A DNA stretch of 61,103 bases, filler included, from Sphacelaria rigidula (taxonomy: Eukaryota): NCBI GenBank assembly GCA_964200075.2. It is 4 parts of 4 records of this genome, joined end to end, with 100 filler letters (N's around TTAATTAATTAA, not from the genome) between each part and the next. Parts side by side here need not be neighbours in the genome. Positions count along the whole stretch, not along the records: positions 45,908 to 61,103 come from CAXNAA020001867.1; 3 more parts are not named here. One strand, given 5' to 3'. The notes beneath the pieces are model-generated. The model was not told where the DNA came from, did not search any database, and worked only from the letters and a program-made list of their open reading frames with translations. This document shows positions 57,112 to 61,103 of this stretch, piece by piece; the stretch's first letter is position 1, and each line of letters begins with the position of its first letter. The translations under genes and the position numbers were made by a program.

Positions 57112-58889
57112 GATGGCGGTAGCGACGGCAGCTTGTCGGGTGTTACTAGAGACTGGGAGGCCGGGAGGGAAGGGGCAGCGGGCGGGAAGAGGAAGGCTAA
57201 TGGCTAGACACTGCTTCGCTGTGTATGCGGTTTTGTAAACGACCTGTGCGCTGTGGTGAGGGGAGAGGAAAGGGCGAGAGCCTGAAGGTGGCTCCTGTTT
57301 TGGGTAGGTTTTGCTGAGCTACAGTTACGTGCGCCGCCGGTGATGCGATCGTGGCGATGTCGGGGGGGGGGGGGGGGAGAGGAGGTTCGCGACATATTTT
57401 GAAGATCGAGGGTGTAGCCATGTGGTGCCCAGGCAACGTAGTGAGAGCTGTTGTTTTTTTAATATTCTCGGACAGTAATGGGCGGAGTTCATAGCTGTGT
57501 CATATAAGGGATTTTGTGTACGGTGAACTGGATTTGCATTCGAGGTGTAGCTCCAGCCTGGTACCTCGGCCGCCGCAGCGGGACGGCTCCAAGTCCCAAC
57601 TGCATCTGTCAATGTGGTATGGCAGACGAGTGCGTGACAAAGAAGACATGGAAGCGGTACTTGTTGGCGCTCATGGTATTGGTGGAGAGGGAGAGATTAG
57701 GGGGCGAGCGTAGGTCCCGTCGGTGTTCCTCATGCAGTCGTTGTTATCGCTGGAAGGCTCACCGAGCTCGTACTCGAGAAGCATCGAGCCCTGTTTCCAC
57801 CGCCTGTTGCGTATCTTGACCGTGATGCTGCGGGCGCCCTGGATGCGGCCAGAGCTGTCGGCGCTTGGCGGGCCGCCTTTGCAAGCGTTTAGGGGGTAAA
57901 CCTGCTTCCGCTTGCTCATACGCGTTGTTGCAAAAGATGAGGTCGTTGGGTTGTCCCCTTATGGTCACTCGCATTGTGTGGAGAAAGTGAACCGCAACTG
58001 CGGAGACGGGGGTTTGCCGTGGCAAAATGCAGTTTCGTGATCACGCGCACGTTATAATTATGTGCCTCTGCCCTCCCCTCCCCCCTCCCCGCTCCCTCCC
58101 TGGATCTCTGTCGGAAGATACTCTGCCACGCAATAGGCATGTACCGTTTTTCCCCCCTGACATTGTCGTGTGCATTCGCGTCTCTTGTAGTAAATTTGGT
58201 GAGCGTTTTGGCGCAAAATGAGTAGGAGCGCGCTCCCTTTCTCCCGTCTTTTTTTTGTCTCTTTCTTATCTTGTCTGTTTCTATTTGTTTCTCTATATTT
58301 GTCTCTTTTCTCTCTACTCCCCCCCCCTCGTTGTCTTGGAGTGTTTGCTATTATCCGTGCTCCATGAAAAAGAATCTCCCCTCCTCCCCCCGTTTTTCCG
58401 TTGTGTTTTTTTTTGCAGTTTATTTTGTCGGCTTAGTTGGGAGAGCTAGAACCTGTGGCGTATGTCGCTGCGCGCACGGGTGATTTCATGGGTCATATTT
58501 AGTCATGTCGAACTAATTTTGTTCCCAAATGAGCTGTGGTCGGCTGCGGTGCAAGTCCACATCCGCTAGCCCCGTGCCCGAGCTTGCAATTCTGAGCTTC
58601 TGGAGCTGGAGGCTGGGGGTGTAGACGTGTAGAGGTGGGCATCAGTTGGAACGCATTATTCATCATTTGCTGGCCACAGTTCTGTAGAACCTATAACATA
58701 TATCAAATAACCCAAGACATACCATGAAAAATGCATCACTGTAATCCAGGTTATCAACTCCCAAACAGCATTCCAATTTCATTTTACGAAGTGAAATCGG
58801 TTTCTGCTGGGGTAAAAATTTGACTAACCATTTTTTTGCGACTTGATTTCTGCGACTCGATTTTTGAAGGGGTCTTTACATTGTATATG

Positions 58890-60058
58890 CCACAGCGTTA
58901 CACGTCACGTTCACGTCACGTTTTGGCCGAATTTTTTTTCAAGTGATGAACGTAACGTCAAATTTCCAACTGAATCATGAACGTAACGTCATTGTTTTTT
59001 GACGTGACATACGTAGCGTAACGTGAACGTTCAATTGCCCAAACGTTCAAATCACGTGTTATGAAACCTTACATGTAACGTGTAAAGTCTATTACACGTT
59101 CCACGTGCATTAGACGTTACACGTAACGTTATATGCTACATTACACGTTACATGAAACGTCATGAACACGCCACCTAAGTTGTGAAACTTCATGTTTGCA
59201 ATGAATTTTAAAATCCCAAAGATTGTGCTTCAATAAACGAGTGAATTTGAATGACTATGGTATACGTATGGTATTATTGCAGCAATTTCGCGCTCTCACC
59301 ACCATACCTCACATTCCAAGTCATCGTTATAGCACTGCATCATGACATCATAATCATCTCGACCACATTCAAGGCTACTCATGTATAAAAAAAACATTGT
59401 CAGAAAGCCATTTTTCAACAGCGCGATTTCCCACATAATTCTTGAAAGTAGCCCTTCTTCCGTGATCGACGTACTGTCGAAATTGGAAACGCAGTGTTCA
59501 TCGTTTTCCATGTGATGTGCAGGCATGATTTCAAATCCTGGGGCGGGCGAGAGAGACACTGTACTCTGCTGTCGTGTCGTGGTGTACGATCTGTACTGAC
59601 TGTACTACTGTGATACATTGCCTGAGCAATAGATAGTGGGCTGCGTGACGCAAGACGATCAATACGAACACCGCCTTGCTGTACTGACTGTAGAAGTAAC
59701 GGTTGTGCTTTTTCACTGTGCGGTAGTACTTGACTGGAAAGACAGCACGGACAACAGTACAAACAACAGTGCTGTATTGCATGCATTGGCTGTAATGATG
59801 GCTTGGCGGCCATCACCACTGCTGTCGCTGGTGCTCGCGGGCAGCCAGCGTGTTGCTTCATTGACCTTCGCTCGCCAGTAGCGTTATGGCCCGTACCCCC
59901 ATGAAAACGGAACAGGGCAGGGTCGATGACGAGTGCTGTACATACACTCTGCAAGTATCTAGTTTGCACAGTATTGTAGCCCAGTTCAGGTCTGTGCATG
60001 CAGCGTGTTACAAACAGCACTCGAATACAGTACAGACGGCCCAAGCACCCAAGCCCTG
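58890..60058 (-). mobile_element. Second copy of the ACGT-rich non-autonomous element
   Basis: Reverse complement of 30627-31980, lacking the nested MITE. Possible terminus CAGGGCTTGGGTGC at 60058 (hAT-like, weak). Confidence 0.7.
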
Positions 60059-61103
60059 TAGACACTACAGCAGTAGCACTGCTTACACTGTGGTCGTGTG
60101 CTTTGTACAGTCAGTGCGGTCCTATGGGGGGTGTGTTGGCGTGCGGCTGGAGCTCAAACGCGTGTTCAATTACAATTTTCGATAGCCCGAAGCTATCCGA
60201 AAACCCTAATATTCTGATGACTTTGCGTTATCGGAAAATGTTATCCGAAAATTTTCTTCAAGAAAACGAGAGATTTGTTACGGCAGACATCGGCTGTACA
60301 TACAGTAGGCGTTTCGAAGCACGCATGGCGAGTGCAATAGGTCGTATTCCATTCTTACATTGGTGTTATGCTCTAGTTTCATGTGTTGCGTACCCAGTCT
60401 GTCACAACTTTCCAGCACCCAGCAACTTCGGTTCTAGCTTACCAGTAGCAAAGCCTAATAACCAAAGCTATCAGCCACACTCGGAGACATGTTGCTTGCA
60501 AGCAAGTCAAGAGCACCTCTCTACACGTGAAAGTGAGCCCCTGTTTGGCCTTATGATGCAGTGCTGGTCGGACTCAAAGGTCCGTTGGTCACGAGTTCGA
60601 GGGTCGCTCCTCTCTACTGCAATCGTTCATCACGGCCAGCCGCTGGCCCCGTGTCACCCCTGGCCTGGTATGTGGTTCCTTGAGAGTGACACCAGTATCA
60701 CCTCGTGGCCAGACCACAACATGGTGACCAATCCAAGAGTCGAACTCGGGTTTCCACGGTGTCCACGCCTATCCTCCCCTAAATTATCCATGATTCAGTT
60801 TTCACCTAGAACCCCAAAACTTTGGTTAATGGAATCCAAATTCGTATGGCGTGTAGTAGTTGCCAAGAATAGCAACCAGTAGGTGAAGAAATGCAACCAT
60901 ACTTTGGATAACTGGTGTGAATACGAAGATTATAATTTTCCGAGTCATCATCAGTGAAACTTCTATCCTCAATTATTTTGATGATTGACTGTTGATCATG
61001 CGTGCGAACTGTTATTGTGCGGCATTAGTCTACATATAACAGCCGATTTTATATTTTGGGGTTCATACAAAATATGGGGTTGAAGTGGCATATCTGTCTT
61101 AGA

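Noticed and set aside
59998-60882. 294-aa ORF
   Set aside because: No recognisable domain. It overlaps repeat sequence (60650-60720 is the reverse complement of 45730-45807) and is likely a chance ORF.

Overview
Eukaryotic, intron-rich, transposon-dense DNA. Gene structure, multi-kb introns and repeat types suggest a brown alga or other stramenopile (inference). The window is four separate contigs of 15204, 15202, 15201 and 15196 bp joined by artificial 44N-TTAATTAATTAA-44N linkers, so nothing can be assumed to continue across the gaps. Contig 1 holds the 5' four exons of an M20/ArgE-type acetylornithine deacetylase gene (minus strand, ~7 kb GC-AG first intron full of TE relics and foldbacks), head-to-head with a two-exon Yae1-like gene. 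Contig 2 holds a degenerate Ty3/Gypsy LTR retrotransposon (PR-RT-RH-IN-chromodomain-like, 3' LTR) with a nested, inverted 5' LTR+PBS of a sister element, plus other repeats. Contig 3 holds an 8-exon two-domain cytidine-deaminase-like gene whose zinc motif reads PGxxC instead of PCxxC, plus SINE/LINE/MITE relics. Contig 4 holds a chain of ~98-bp piggyBac-like MITEs, the first coding exon of a phytochelatin synthase (minus) and a complete five-exon Rab8/Sec4 GTPase gene (plus).
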